Shown: piece by piece, positions 35,996-50,699 of the stretch | Layout of the letters: every line of letters begins with the position of its first letter | How positions within the stretch are numbered: position 1 is the stretch's first letter | NCBI RefSeq assembly: GCF_001194135.2 | Contig: NC_068994.1 | Location: forward strand, 18,807,409-18,871,408 | Source: Octopus bimaculoides | Lineage: Eukaryota | DNA length: 64,000 nucleotides | Reading direction: 5' to 3' | Translations under genes and position numbers: made by a program | Notes under the pieces: generated by a model | Seen by the model: only the letters and a program-made list of their open reading frames with translations | The model's database searches: none | Told to the model about the DNA's origin: nothing

Positions 35996-36388
35996 GTATT
36001 TTTCATATGGTTCAGGAGCATCTATCTTGATTAATGGAAAAGATGTTATTCTATGCAACTATGATACTATGGCTGCTAGGTGTTATTCTTTTGGGCTGAA
36101 TTTGAAAAGCCTGCACAACAGAGATGAGTTTTACCCTTACTGTTGATATATATTTTTTGATTTCTGCTTTTCTTACTGTTTGATAAGGACCTGAGATACA
36201 GATGTTCATTCCTTTGTTACACAGCTCTGCAAAATAGATTTTTTTTTCCCAGCTAAATATTTTATATCTAGGACCTGCCTGTTTGACAAACTGTCTGCAA
36301 AGGAATGAAAGCTGGAAATGTTTTCTCTGTACCCAGTTTGAACTCTCTATTCATTTCTTCAATTGATAGAGTACATGCATGTGTGTGC

Positions 36389-36437
<49 letters not shown>

Positions 36438-37279
36438 GTTCTTATCATTGTTGTTCTTATCATTAAGCATTTAACTTAAATTGTTCAAAATAGGGATTTT
36501 TTACCATCTCGCAGAAAATCATTATTTACTTCTTGCTGCAAAATTAATGTATTCTATTGAAGGATTAATTTGTTTTCCATTTCCCCTTTATTTTTATCTG
36601 CACTATCTGTAAGAATATGTTTGTTTACATTATGATGTTTCTCAGGGAAGATGGATTTTTTAAAAAATGTTACAGCTATTTTGTTTGTGTAAAACTGACA
36701 GAATAGAAAATGTTTTCCTTTACAAATTAAAGTGTTTTTTTTTATCTCTCACAAGGAAACACAAATGTAAAAGAATTGAATTCCTACCCTTGTATTTAAA
36801 GGTCCTGCATGACAAATGTTCTTCTATGTAGTTTCACTGGGTAAAAATTCGTGATGTGGAAGAGCAAGATGAAAACACTTTTGACTACCTCAGAACATAA
36901 CAATAACAATTACAACAACAACAACAATAATTGTAATAATAATCCTCTCTTTATTGACCACTTTGACTCATATGTATAAGTCATATGAAGAGCCACAAAA
37001 CATCTAGGAATACACTTGTACACACACCTGAAGTACCTCAAAAAATGCGTAATAGAGCACTCTCTGTATTTGACTACAGTTTGAAAGTTTGAAAGTGAAG
37101 AGAGTCGTGAAGTGCCCAACTCATCCTAACTAGTAATCTTTCATGTTTTGTATTCTTTAAACTATATCTTGTTTTAATTATTGTGTATTTTATGATACTT
37201 TTGGAATTATTTCTGTACAAATATGTGTGTTCGCAAAGAGTCCAAGATGACATGATTGAGATGACAATGAGCATCAACA

Positions 37280-37880
37280 GGATCAGAGATGAAATGAAAT
37301 GTAGACTCTGGAACTGGATTAGACATGTTCTCAGACAAGCCTGAGAAAGCAATTGTATGGTGGCACTAAGGTGGTAGCTTGAGGAGAAAAGAGCAGCAAG
37401 GTGCTCTAAAACTACATGGTGAAGGACCATTGACAAGGAAAAGAGATGTGAAGACTGGAGAAGCTGGAAAGAGACCAGAACAGTAGCAGAAAACAGAGCT
37501 GGTTGGAGAGATCATGTTACAGCCTTATTTACGTCATGACATGGAGATAACTAACAAACTAATAGTTTAGATAACAACAAGCAATTGACAGAATCAGTGA
37601 TGAAATAAGACACAGAAGCTAGAACTGGATATGGGACATGTCCTCAGACAAGATTGAGAAAGTGATTGTATGGTGGCACTACAGTGGTAACCTGAGGGCA
37701 AAAGAGCAGCAGAGCACCCTAAAACCACATGACAAAGGACCATTGATAAGGAAAGGAGACTAGAAGGATGGAGAAGCTTGAGTGAGACCAGGAAAGTGGC
37801 AGAAAACAAAGCTGGTTGAAGAGATCATATTGTGGGGTTAAGTGCCTCATGACACCGAGAGAACTAACTAACTAACTAAC
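37280..37880 (+). mobile_element. two tandem 5'-truncated RTE LINE 3' ends with (CTAA)n tails
   Basis: Both read WNWIRHVLRQ...W.(P)EGKR...PKTTW.RTIDKE...AENRAGWRDH with decay. Confidence 0.8.
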
Positions 37881-38339
37881 ATCTGCATGTAAACACACAC
37901 ATGTATATATGTAAACATGTGTGTATGAGTATGTGCATATGTGTATGTACATACATATGTATATGTATTCATATATGTGTGTGTATGCATGTGTGTATAT
38001 GCATATACATGCATATGTATGTATTCATGTGTCTGTGTGTGTGTGCATATACATATGTACATACGTATGTATGTGTTCTGTTGATCAGATCAACTGGAAC
38101 CCCTGTTGTCGTAACCAATGGAATGCCAGTTATGAGCATGTATATACATTTCAAAATTCTTAATATGTTCTTCCATATGTTATATAATGTTTTGTACCAT
38201 TACTGTCATATATATAAATGTCTTTCTTTTTCACACTCCACATTATCTGTTCTCCCTTTGTAACACTGAGTGAAAGTTTTGCATTTTTTGTATCTCTACA
38301 AACCCTTGTGGCTAATAAAGAAGAGATTATTATTATTAT

Positions 38340-38773
38340 TGAGTGAGAGAGCAGTGCATGCCATCAAAGTGACACTGGGGTAAAATATACGAAGCCCATT
38401 ATACCCATCATGACTACCCGTCTGATAAGGGTACACCAGGCACATGCATCACAACCATATGTGCGCAACATGATGATCTCATATCAAGATAAACAGCGCA
38501 TGACCTCGCAGGTCGAGTAGCCCATCCCGCTCAAAAGGTCCCTGAATAAGGTTTGTTTAAGGATGTTGAGCAAAACACCCATGTTTCCAAAAGTGAATTA
38601 TTCAAACCCCAAAGAATTCCACTCAACACATGGCTATGATGCTCACCCACTACTTCTGGTATTAAGCAGAATATTTGCTGTAGCCCATCTTTTATACCAA
38701 GACAAAACAATGTACATGATAACACTTTCAATCAATAAAGATCAGAAGCCATGAGAGCCACTGCCTGGTATTG

Positions 38774-38775
<2 letters not shown>
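38340..38775 (+). repeat. interspersed repeat family D (gagtgagagagcagtgcatgcc...), internally deleted
   Basis: Flanked by (ATT)n; 3' part homologous to 19345-19655. Confidence 0.75.
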
Positions 38776-38816
<41 letters not shown>

Positions 38817-38822
<6 letters not shown>

Positions 38823-39191
38823 TCTGCCTTAGTGAAGGCAGAGATATTGTTTTCAGTAGTGTTTGTTTGTTTGATTGTCTGTGAACAAGATATCTCAAGA
38901 ACCGCTGGATAGATTTGGATGAAACTTTCAGAGATGTTTGGCCTCATAACTGGCATAAACTGATTAGATTTTGGAATTGATTTGGTACCAGACAAGTATT
39001 CTGGATTATTTTTCTTGTTTTTTTTTACTTAATTTTTGAGAGGGGTTGGGTTCATTTTTAGTATTCTCGTTTGTGAAAGCAGTTGAGTTTATTTCAGATA
39101 TTCTCATTTTAAAAATCATCTCTGGCTAATCGTTGAGAGGATGCTGGTGTTGCCTTGGTAGAAGTTTGCACTTTCTGAGTGCTCTTGTTAG
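38817..39191 (+). mobile_element. Helentron-associated non-autonomous element (HINE/DINE-1-like)
   Basis: 5' TTACCTCTGCC sub-TIR with ctctgcctt/aaggcagag palindrome, gtttgtttg block, 3' ggtagaag + GCACT-ttctg-AGTGC hairpin a few nt before T-rich target. Confidence 0.72.
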
Positions 39192-39749
39192 TATTATTAT
39201 TATTATTATTATTACTATCACCATCATCGCCAACTTCCTTCTCCTTCTCATCGTCATCATCATCATCATCATCATTATCATCATCACCAGCACCAGCACC
39301 ACCACCACTATTACCACCATCATCATAATTATTATTTCTTTANNNNNNNNNNNNNNNNNNNNNNNNNNNNNNNNNNNNNNNNNNNNNNNNNNNNNNNNNN
39401 NNNNNNNNNNNNNNNNNNNNNNNNNNNNNNNNNNNNNNNNNNNNNNNNNNNNNNNNNNNNNNNNNNNNNNNNNNNNNNNNNNNNNNNNNNNNNNNNNNNN
39501 NNNNNNNNNNNNNNNNNNNNNNNNNNNNNNNNNNNNNNNNNNNNNNNNNNNNNNNNNNNNNNNNNNNNNNNNNNNNNNNNNNNNNNNNNNNNNNNNNNNN
39601 NNNNNNNNNNNNNNNNNNNNNNNNNNNNNNNNNNNNNNNNNNNNNNNNNNNNNNNNNNNNNNNNNNNNNNNNNNNNNNNNNNNNNNNNNNNNNNNNNNNN
39701 NNNNNNNNNNNNNNNNNNNNNNNNNNNNNNNNNNNNNNNNNNNNNNNNN

Positions 39750-41030
<1,281 letters not shown>

Positions 41031-42019
41031 GTATAAGAATAGATTGCTGCCTTTTCTTTGTATGTCAGTATGGCCATTCCAATACGGTAGAGTTGGTTAC
41101 TTAAAAAATAATACACATATAGCACATTTCACATATTTCCTTGCAAGTGTGTATTCTACACAGGTCCAATGCAAACTTTTCCAAATCCTGATGGTCTGGG
41201 ACCTCTAATAATCTGCAATAATTTACAAGCAGGAACTTCAAATCCCCACAGCTGTCGGACAAGTTTACTGGTACCTTGCATAGTACAGTATTTATAAACT
41301 TGTATCATTTATACTAATATATTTCATTTGGTTATTGAAGTAAATTTAATATTTGTTTAATTTAGTGACCATCTTTGGCTTGGAAAAACCAATAATGCAG
41401 AATGGCTTTTTAACGAAAAGTTCTGGAAATTTGATGTTGCACTTGCAATTAAGGTTCATGTATATGATGTAAATAAATCATGTGGTGATTTTTACAATGT
41501 GTATTTCTGTTGCTTGACCAATCATCTTCATCATCATCATCATCACTATCTCATCATCATCATATCATCATCATTGTCATTGTTGTTGTCGTTTAACATC
41601 CGTTTTCAATGCTTGCATAAATTTGTAGTGGCGCGAAATTATGGCTGCCATTAAGGAAGTACAATCTATGCATGCACAAGGGACTTGCCTTCTCAGAAGC
41701 CCCTCGTGTGTGCATGCATAGTAAAATCAGTACTTAAAGCGCTTCCCGCACTTTCTAAGCCTCTTTAGCGCGATGCTTTCAACATGACAACTACTTACTC
41801 CTTTGGCATGCCTCAAAGAAGCTCTTAATATCCAGATGCCGATTACAAGTTAATCAGCAGCTGCTAGGCTGAATGACACAGGATTTGTAAAGCCAAGCAT
41901 CACCAAAATAAAACTTATTTCTATTATGTTGTTAATTGTTCTACTGTTTCTTAATAGATAATTTTGTTGAAAGGCGATAGAGAGAGACTAATGTCTCTAT
42001 TGCTACTATCAACCTTTTA

Positions 42020-42225
42020 CAAAAAGGACAGCTTGACAGGAGTTGGCCAGCTGGGGAGCTGCCCAGACTCCAAGTTATCTGTTTTGGCATGGTTTCAATG
42101 GCTGGGTGCTCTTCCTAATGCCAACCACTTTACAAAGTGTGTTGGGTGCCTTTTACATTCCACTGGCACGGGTGCATTTATTCAGCACCGACATGAGTGC
42201 ATTTTATGTCGCACTGGCATAATCA
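42020..42225 (-). mobile_element. retroposon RTE-type tail, reverse orientation
   Basis: ctcttcctaatgccaaccactttaca...ccactggcac. Confidence 0.65.
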
Positions 42226-42549
42226 ATGTAAGTATTCCATGAGTATTTGTTTCCTAAACATAGCACTCTAATAGAAACAGCATGACACAGTATTGGACAA
42301 GGCTGGCTGTTTGAATTGTAGGGACAGTCAATCTGATGAGTTTTAATCTAGTTTTCATTGTCAACATGTTTTTGTTTCCAAGGTTTTGGGAATGGGTTAA
42401 CCCCCAAAATTGTGGTAGAATAAATACACTTGACCCCAGTGCTTCACAGAGAAATCAAACACAAAATATCTTAGTTGTGAAGAGAAATTAATAACCATTC
42501 AGCCACGCTTATGTGCACTCATCCATTATATAACTATAAACACACATCC

Positions 42550-42646
42550 CATGCACACACACACACACACACACACCACACACAGAAACACACATACATG
42601 TGCATGCACACATACACTCACATATAAATGCAACACTCATTCTCTC

Positions 42647-42688
<42 letters not shown>

Positions 42689-42810
42689 ACATGCACATAC
42701 ACACACAAGGACAGATGCATAAATGTGTGCACACACACAAACATATACAAATATCATACTCACTCTCTCTCTTTCATTCTCTCTTTCTTTCTTTCTCCCC
42801 CCTCTCTCGC

Positions 42811-42894
<84 letters not shown>

Positions 42895-42895
42895 G
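42550..42895. repeat. (CA)n/(CT)n microsatellite cluster
   Basis: Direct reading. Confidence 0.92.
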
Positions 42896-43439
42896 TTACC
42901 AGTACAGTGCATGCCAAAATTTCATAATCTTATCAAAAATCATGTATTTGTCATGAAAATTTGTTGTCCATACCCTTCCATCCATTCAATCAAAGAATCA
43001 ATTAATCAATCGTTTGATCAGCCTATCAATTTATCAATATTCTATGTATTTCAGTTAAGTGTAATAAATACAGCCACTTGCATAACTTCTCTGAACCAGT
43101 GAACTGACAGTCAGACCTTCAGCAAGAGCAATGCCAGCCTATGTTGTGAGAATTAACTATATAAGCAGGAATTAAAATTGGTTCACAAAACTGGCACAAA
43201 GAATAGTGCAGCATCTGACCTGGTTACAAAGTGTACAAACACATAATTACTTTCACCACCACAAAATGCTATCACAAGTAATCTACGACTCCATACTCTC
43301 TTCCTACAAATGTAAGAACACTTATACTATGAAATGTTATGTCCTTTTACAACTGTGTAACAGGAGTAGAGTTCCCAGCATGAGAGACCCTTTCACATAT
43401 GATTGAGTAATATCCATAGCAATTAGGAAAACCCACCTA

Positions 43440-43853
43440 TCAACAAACATCTCTGATTCCTAATTACATAAATTCATAGTATAATGTCTTCCTATCTGAC
43501 AGGAAAGAAAACAGTTGTGATAGAGTTGCCATGTACATTCATGAAGATGTCACACCCTACTTGTGTTAAGACACCCAAAAATAGTTAATAGTATGTAAAA
43601 AGATATATATATATAAAGCAATTTGTTGTAATTATATGTACACCGTATTCTCCATGGCAAAAAATTTCAGAAGACCTTTGGAAAGATTAAAAAGCTATTG
43701 TTTACTGAATTGGGTAAACATATGCATGTATTCTTTTTATTTGACTGAAGTCACTCAGAAACACTCAAATATCCAGGAATGTCATATCATAACCAAAGAT
43801 ATGTAGAATTTCTTTTTAACCTCATCAACAGTGTGTTCATGGAACAAATAATC
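43440..43853 (+). mobile_element. CR1-like APE endonuclease remnant
   Basis: YNVFLSDRKENSCDRVAMYIHED (R.DR....GGVA.YI) and NSVFMEQII-like segments. Confidence 0.5.
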
Positions 43854-44027
43854 CAGGGGTTCTCAACTGGGATCCATATATGGTCCTTGGGGTTCCATAT
43901 AAGATTTTGTTGTTAAAGTTTATGTGCAATAAATTGCTCATACTTCCACAATTTACACAATATTTTAACAATTTTTTAATACAATTCCAAATGATATTTA
44001 ATTATGAAAATTTGATAGGATTTTTTA

Positions 44028-44623
44028 GTGGCTGTGCAGTAAGAAGCTTGCTTCACAACCATATTAGTTTCAGGTTCAGTCTCACTGCATAACACTTTGG
44101 GAAAATGTCTTCTACTATAACCTTGGGCTCACCAAAGCCTTGTGAGTGGATTTCGTAGGTAGAAACTGAAAGAAAACAATCGTATATATATATATGTATA
44201 TGGTGGTTGTCTACTTCTTATACAGAGTTTGACCACCTCCTGTACCTACATCTCAGCACCATCATGGTATCTGATGTGGCTTTTTAAATCAGACAATGTG
44301 TTCTGAAAAGACACCCACACAGATTGCACCTCCGATTTGGACCACCAAGAGCTGCAGATAAGTTCTGCTCGTTGTGGATCTTAAAATATTTTTTGAGGCC
44401 TCCATTGGATTTGCAAACCTTCTGGCATACAGTGCATTCAAAGGTGTGTGCAGACATATAGACAAAATAGTTGGTGGAGGTTCGTTTTCCATGCATTCGC
44501 AGATAAGATTTGAGGCCAGCAAAGACAGGCATGGTTTGTCACAGACTGTGCACACCAAAAAGGTCATTGTCATTCACCTTCTTGATCATTACATAAATCC
44601 ATAGTATAACGTCTTCCTATCTG

Positions 44624-44685
<62 letters not shown>

Positions 44686-44930
44686 ATGTATGTATATATA
44701 TGTGTGCGTCTTTGTGCCTGTGTTTGTCACCCCACCATTGTTTGACAACTGATGCTGGTGTGTTTACATCCCTATAACTTAGCAGTTTGGCAAAAGAGTC
44801 CAATAGAATAAGTACTAGGTTTAAAAAGAATAAGTCTTGAGGGTCGATTTCTTTGACTAAAGCCCTTCAAAGTAATGCTCCAGCATGGCTGCAGTCAAAT
44901 AACTGAAACAAGTAAAAGAATAAAAGAATA
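44028..44930 (+). mobile_element. SINE family A split by ~430-bp insertion
   Basis: Head 44028-44200, tail 44700-44930. Confidence 0.85.
44260..44575 (-). pseudogene. decayed triple C2H2 zinc-finger fragment, probably a LINE ORF2 C-terminus
   Basis: CTVCDKPC..GLKSYLRMH, FECTVCQKVCKSNGGLKKYFKIH, CNLCGCLFRT; frameshifted; no TGEKP linkers. Confidence 0.65.
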
Positions 44931-45358
44931 AAATGATAGAATGGATACGAGGATCCAGATGAGTAAAATAGGAATTAAAGGGGTCTACAGGCAAAAATGG
45001 TTGTGAACCACTGAAATAGACTATTTACCCTAACAGAAGCAGCAAAATACTAGATATTCACTTTCCAGACAATAAAAAATATATCTTACAATTTTCTACA
45101 ATCTTAACATAGCGGAATTAACACTGTATGGTGCAAAAGAGCCTAATTATCTTGGCATCACACAGAAACAAGACATAACAAAACAAAAACAAACAAAAAG
45201 AAAACGACTTTCCTCAAGTCATTCAAAAGATCTGCAATCTGAAGTGACTCATCATTATCTTTCTGCAAAAACCTACTGAAGGATTTCAGTGCCTTATGTA
45301 GGTGAGTTGAAGATTCAATGCTAAAAAGATTTAGGCTTTCACTGATAACCCTCAAACA

Positions 45359-46125
45359 CATTGGTTCTCATCTGGGGTCCATATGACCCCTGATTGTCCA
45401 TATAAGACTTCTGAAGGTCCGTGCAAGTGACATAGTAACTTGAGGATCCACAGTATTATTTTAAGGGTTCATGAAAAAATTTTGATATAGATGTACATAT
45501 TGCAAGAAACAGCTAGGTTTCTTTCTCTTGAGTGGCTGTGTGGTAAGTAGTTTGCTTACCAGCCACATGGTTCCAGGTTCAGTCACACTGTGTAGCACCT
45601 TGGGCAAGTGTCTTCTACTATAGCCTTGGGCGACCAAAGCCTTGTGAGTGGATTTGGTAGACGGAAACTGAAAGAAGCCCGTCATATATATGTATATATA
45701 TATATATGTATGTGTGTGTATATGTTTGTGTGTCTGTTTGTCCCCCAATATCACTTGACAACCGATGGTGGTGTGTTTACGTCCCCGTAAATAAGCAGTT
45801 CGGCAAAAGAGACCGATAGAATAAGTACTAGGCTTACAAAGAATAAGTCCTGGGGTCGATTTGCTCGACTAAAGGTGGTGCTCCAGCATGGCCACATTCA
45901 AATGACTGAAACATGTAAAAGAGAGAGAGAGAGAGAGAGAGTATAGTTCAATATGTTTCTTGTTAATGTATGCAAGTGAATGTATGAAAAACAAAATAGG
46001 AATTTTGAAAGAAGTATCTATAAAACCAGTTTTTAAAACATCAAATGGTTATAGGAGTTCACAAGAATAAAATAGTAACCAAAGTGGTCCATAGATAAAA
46101 AAAAAAAGATGGTTGAGAACCATTA
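45359..46125. mobile_element. hAT (Charlie-type) MITE with nested SINE A (45532-45920)
   Basis: CATTGGTTCTCATC ... GGTTGAGAACCATTA; TSD ctcaaaca/ctctaaca (7 of 8). Confidence 0.82.
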
Positions 46126-46679
46126 CTCTAACACATTACATCTCAGATACTCTGAGTTAGGAAAGATTGCAATCAAAATCTGTAAGACATGAGAATTATA
46201 AAGTTGTTTCAAATGCATATTACAAAAATCATATTCTGAGAACATTTAGTATCAGAGAATAAGAATTCAAGTTAGGTCCCTAAAAGTCACTTGTTATCAT
46301 TTGTCTGATTCATAATTCCTAAATAAAGCATCAAGTTTATTGCTGAACTAGAAACAATCCAATGATTCTGCATTAAGAAGATTGCTAAGTAGTCATAGCT
46401 GAACTACTTCAACTTCTGAGAGAGATTGAAAGCTCTAAAACTCTACTTCCTGGAGGGAATAATGGAAGGATGCAAAGTAATTTGTATTTAAATGATAAGC
46501 TTTTAGATGGTCTAGCACCAGACTTTGACAATGGATTCCATGCTGGTCTCCAAACTAGATGAATTGTCATAGATTCAAAGCTTCTGTGCCTTCTCTCTCT
46601 CTTGTTAGAATTAAATATAGCTATAACTTAGGGGTGAAATGACTGTAATATATGAATACCTTAAAAAAAAAAGCTATTT

Positions 46680-49600
46680 GTATGGATGAGGATCCACACT
46701 ATAACAGTGGCAACAAAGATATAAACAATTCACACAATGTTCAAAAGAAAAACAATTTTTTCACAAGAAAATAAACAATTCACACGGATGACGTTGAAAT
46801 ATTTTTCATGTGGGGAAATTAAAAACTCGACAGGGGAGTAACAAACATTTTTGTTGTACATATTTTATGAAGAATCCGTAAAATTATGGAAAACTTGTTA
46901 GAGGGTCTAGTTGTTTTGCAAAAACAGCAACAACAATAATTCAAAAAAACAACAAGAACAACAACAAATGTTACTGCAATAAATGCTATGACTAATGAAG
47001 TTAGTAACAAAACCAGAAAATATGTTTTCCTCAAACCATGTAGCAAATTCAATAGATGAATTTAAATATGGCCTGGAAGAAGGAGTTACCTTCAACGCAT
47101 ATTACCAAAAATTTGAACAAATTTTCAAAAAAGAATGCCAAGACTGGACAAATGAAATGAAAATGCATCTAATTCTGAGGAAACTGGCAATGATAGAGCA
47201 TGAGAAATACTGTAACTTTATATTACCTAAAAAAGTTTCTGATATAAATTTCATGGACACAGTTGACATTTTATATAGGTTGTTTACTGCAAAAACATCG
47301 TTGTTCTACACACATTGGAAGTGATTGAACATTGAGAAATGCGATGATGAAAACTTTACCACATATGCAGGTAGAGTGAAGAGAGAGTGTGAGAGATTTA
47401 AACTGGACGCAGAAGTCAGAATGATAATTCTCACAAAGCTGGAAATGAACCAGGATATAACACTCCAGAAACTGTCAGAAGAGTGTGATATGATATTAAG
47501 AATAAGGCACAACACAAAAGAAATACAATGCAGAGATTGTTTATGGAAAAAGCCAGTGTGGAAGAGTTTCATCAGAAAACAATATACAACTGGAGATAAA
47601 CCCATGTATGGCATGTGGTGGTAAGCACCTGAGAAAAGCATGCCTGTTTATAAAAGCAAAGTGTTTTCATTGTGGGAACACAGGATACAGGACACATTAA
47701 ATTGCACTGCAGAACTAAGATAATGAAAAATTGAACCAAACAAGAAAAAATAAATAGTTTGTCATCAGAGAAAAAAGTTTGTACAATGATCAGAAAATTC
47801 ATCAGGGTGAGAATTGAAACCACTAGTGTCAAAATACAATCAGACATGGGTAGTGACATCACAATTATAAATGAAGATACATGGCGACAAATCAGTAAGC
47901 TGATATCATTTAAATCAAATAAAATAGTATATGGTGTTACAGGAAAGAAATTATATTTCATCAGTGAATGTATTTGCAATGTAACTTTTTGAGATGAAAT
48001 GAAAAGGACAATCATTTATGTGTAAAAAAATTACTAAACCTATTTGACATGGAGTGCATGGAGTTATTTAAAATATGGGATACCTCCATTAGTGTTCTCT
48101 GTGAAAATGTAGTCAGCATGGTCAAAAGTTCGAATGAAATTGAACAACTGAGACAAAAAATTAAAATATTGTTTCCAAATGTTTTTTTGAAAGGATTAAG
48201 CTATTGCATTAAGACAAAAGCGAGGATCACAGAAAAAGAAAAGACAACACTGTTTTCAAGCCCGAATGGAATGTGCCATTTGCAGCATTGGACCAGTTCA
48301 ATAAAAAGCTAGAAGGACTAGAAAGTCTAGCTATAATTGAAGAAATCAACTATTCAGACTGGGAAGCTCCGGTGGTTTATGTAAAGAAAAGAAGAAAAAA
48401 AAAAAAACTAAGAGTGTGTGTGGACTTTTCAACTGGATTAAATGACTTTAGTTGAACACAATTATCCATTACCAAGCCCAGAAGTGTTCTCAAACTAAAT
48501 GGAGGAAAAATGTTCTCAAGGTTAGACCTCTCAGAGGCCTGTCTACAGGTACAAGTAGAGGAAGACTGCACACACCTTTTAACAATTAACACCACTGTAG
48601 ATTATATAAATTCAAGTGGCTTCCTTTTGGCTTCTCAATGATATTTTGATAAATAGCAAGTCAGTGAAGCAACACCTTGAACATATTAAAAAAGTGTTTG
48701 GAAAAATAAATGAATACGGGTTTAGAATAAAAGAGGAAAAGTGTGAATGAAAAAAATCAAATATTTGGGTCAAGTAATTGACGAAAGGGGATAAAGGCCA
48801 GACCTATCAAGGGTGATAGCAATTTGGAATATGCCTCCCCCATTGAATGTCAAATTGTTACAAGCATTTTTAGGCTTGGTAAACTACTATCAAGCATATA
48901 TCTCAAACATACACAACACAAGGGCTCCACTAAACAAGCTGTTAAAAAAGGATGCTAAATGGTTTTGGTCAGAAAAATGCCAGAAGGCATTTGAGGAACT
49001 AAAATGCATGTTAACTTCAGACTTGTCACTTACACACTTCGATCTGAAGTTGGAAACGATACTGGCAACAGATGCTAATCAGTATGGGGTAGGTGCCATA
49101 CTCCTACACAAATGTGAAGATGGCAGCCAAAAGGCCATTGCTCACGTGTCAAGGATGCTATTGCCAGCAGAAAAAAATTATAGCCAAATTGAAAAAGAGG
49201 CATTGGCGATTACATATGGCATAAAAAAGTTCCACAGGTTTATACATGGTAGATGGTTTAGACTACAAACAGACCATCACCCGTTGCTAACAATTTATGG
49301 ATCCACGAAAGGAATCCCAGTACATACAGTAAACAGGTTGCAGCGATGGGGCACCATACTACTAAACTACGACTACACAATGGAATATTTGCCTTTGTAA
49401 AAGCTAGGACATGTTGACAACCTATCCAGGTTAACACCTAGAAATGGCAAACCATTCAAGAACACTGTAATAGCAATCCTAAGAGCCGAAGAGGAAAGTA
49501 AACACAATGTGGAACATTGTTCGAAAGTTACTAATAATTCTGGAGGAGATAAAGCAACATGTGTCAAATGATAAGTTCATTAATGAAACAAAAAAAACTC

Positions 49601-50353
49601 TGTGATCAGCTAAAGAAAACAAAAATAGGTTCAGTAAAGCAAAACAGCAACAAGTAAACATATATACAACATTACGGCGTACTGATGTATGGTCAAAGGG
49701 TAGAGATACCTGAGACTTTACAAAAAGAATGTTGAAAGAATTTCATATTGGACATCCAGGAATTATAAGCATGAAAGCATTTATGCGCAGTTATGTGTAT
49801 TGGGATGGCTGTATGATGCATTTCAGGTTCAAACACCATTACAGGTGGTTGAACCCATGCCTGCAAGTGGAAGAAAAAGGAAGAACACAGAGTTACAACA
49901 AATAGATGCCAAAACGAAAAAAATATCAAGTTGGAAAAAAAAATACTAAAGAGGGAGGAGGGGTGAATAAAGTAAAATGAAATGATTTGCTTCCCAAAGG
50001 AAAAAAAAGAGCTAAAAGGGGAGATGTTGTAGTGAAAATGGTACTCTCCTTCCCATGTGACAAAGTGGTGTGAACCAGCCACTATAAAGTTAGACAGTCA
50101 GTTGTAGGAGGTCAGTAGTAGTAGAGTCATTGTTTGAGTTCTCAGTTGGTGTCAGTGTCAGTTATGTGATATATACGAGTTCAAGTTACTGTCAAGGTAG
50201 ACGTTTTACAGTCATTGTCTTGCAGAGCTATCAGCGATAGCATGATAGATAAGTCAAAGATAAGATGCAGAATACTGCCACAACATAATAATGGCTAGAA
50301 GAATATTAGTGCCAACAATAACATACAAGTGGACAAAGATCCACATTATAGCA
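46680..50353 (+). mobile_element. decayed Ty3/gypsy LTR retrotransposon
   Basis: 5' LTR stub ...ccacactataaca + PBS-like tggcaac (46707); gag with Cys/His knuckles; protease SDMGSD; RT RVCVDFSTGLN; RNase H TDANQYGVG...NYSQIEKEAL; integrase HPG; PPT aaaaggggaga; 3' LTR TG at 50025 to ...tatagca at 50353. Confidence 0.92.
48813..49400 (+). pseudogene. gypsy RT-connection/RNase H open segment
   Basis: LQAFLGLVNYY, FEELKCMLTS, LATDANQYGVGAIL, LQTDHHPL. Confidence 0.9.
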
Positions 50354-50479
50354 GTTTACTTTCCCTTCATACAAACAGTCTTGATTAATTATAAGTTAGG
50401 TGCATTTATGCTCACCCCTTTCTCTCCCTGTCTCTTTTTCCTTTTCTCTCTCTGTATAATATATACATATAGGTACAGG

Positions 50480-50635
50480 CTTGGCTGTGTGGTAAGAAGC
50501 TTGCTTCCCAACCACATGGTTCTAGGTTCAGTCCCACTGTGTGGCATTTGGGCAAGTGTCTTCTACTATAGCTTCAGGCTGACCAAAGCCTTGTGAGTGG
50601 ATTTGGTAGATGGAAACTGAAAGAAGCCCATTGTA
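50480..50635 (+). mobile_element. SINE family A 5' half
   Basis: ggcttggctgtgtggtaagaagcttgcttcccaaccacatggttctaggttcagtccc. Confidence 0.85.
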
Positions 50636-50667
50636 TATATATATGTGTGTGTGTATGCATGTGTGTG

Positions 50668-50699
<32 letters not shown>

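Larger units (their letters stand above)
43854..45013. mobile_element. hAT (Charlie-type) MITE with nested SINE
   Basis: CAGGGGTTCTCAAC ... GGTTGTGAACCACTG; 8-bp flanks aaataatc/aaatagac. Confidence 0.8.

Noticed and set aside
37860-37880. (CTAA)n as an interstitial telomeric repeat
   Set aside because: It is the RTE tail microsatellite, not TTAGGG/TTAGG.
44260-44575. Member of the cephalopod C2H2 zinc-finger gene expansion
   Set aside because: Frameshifted, no TGEKP linkers, no exon context and embedded in nested repeats.
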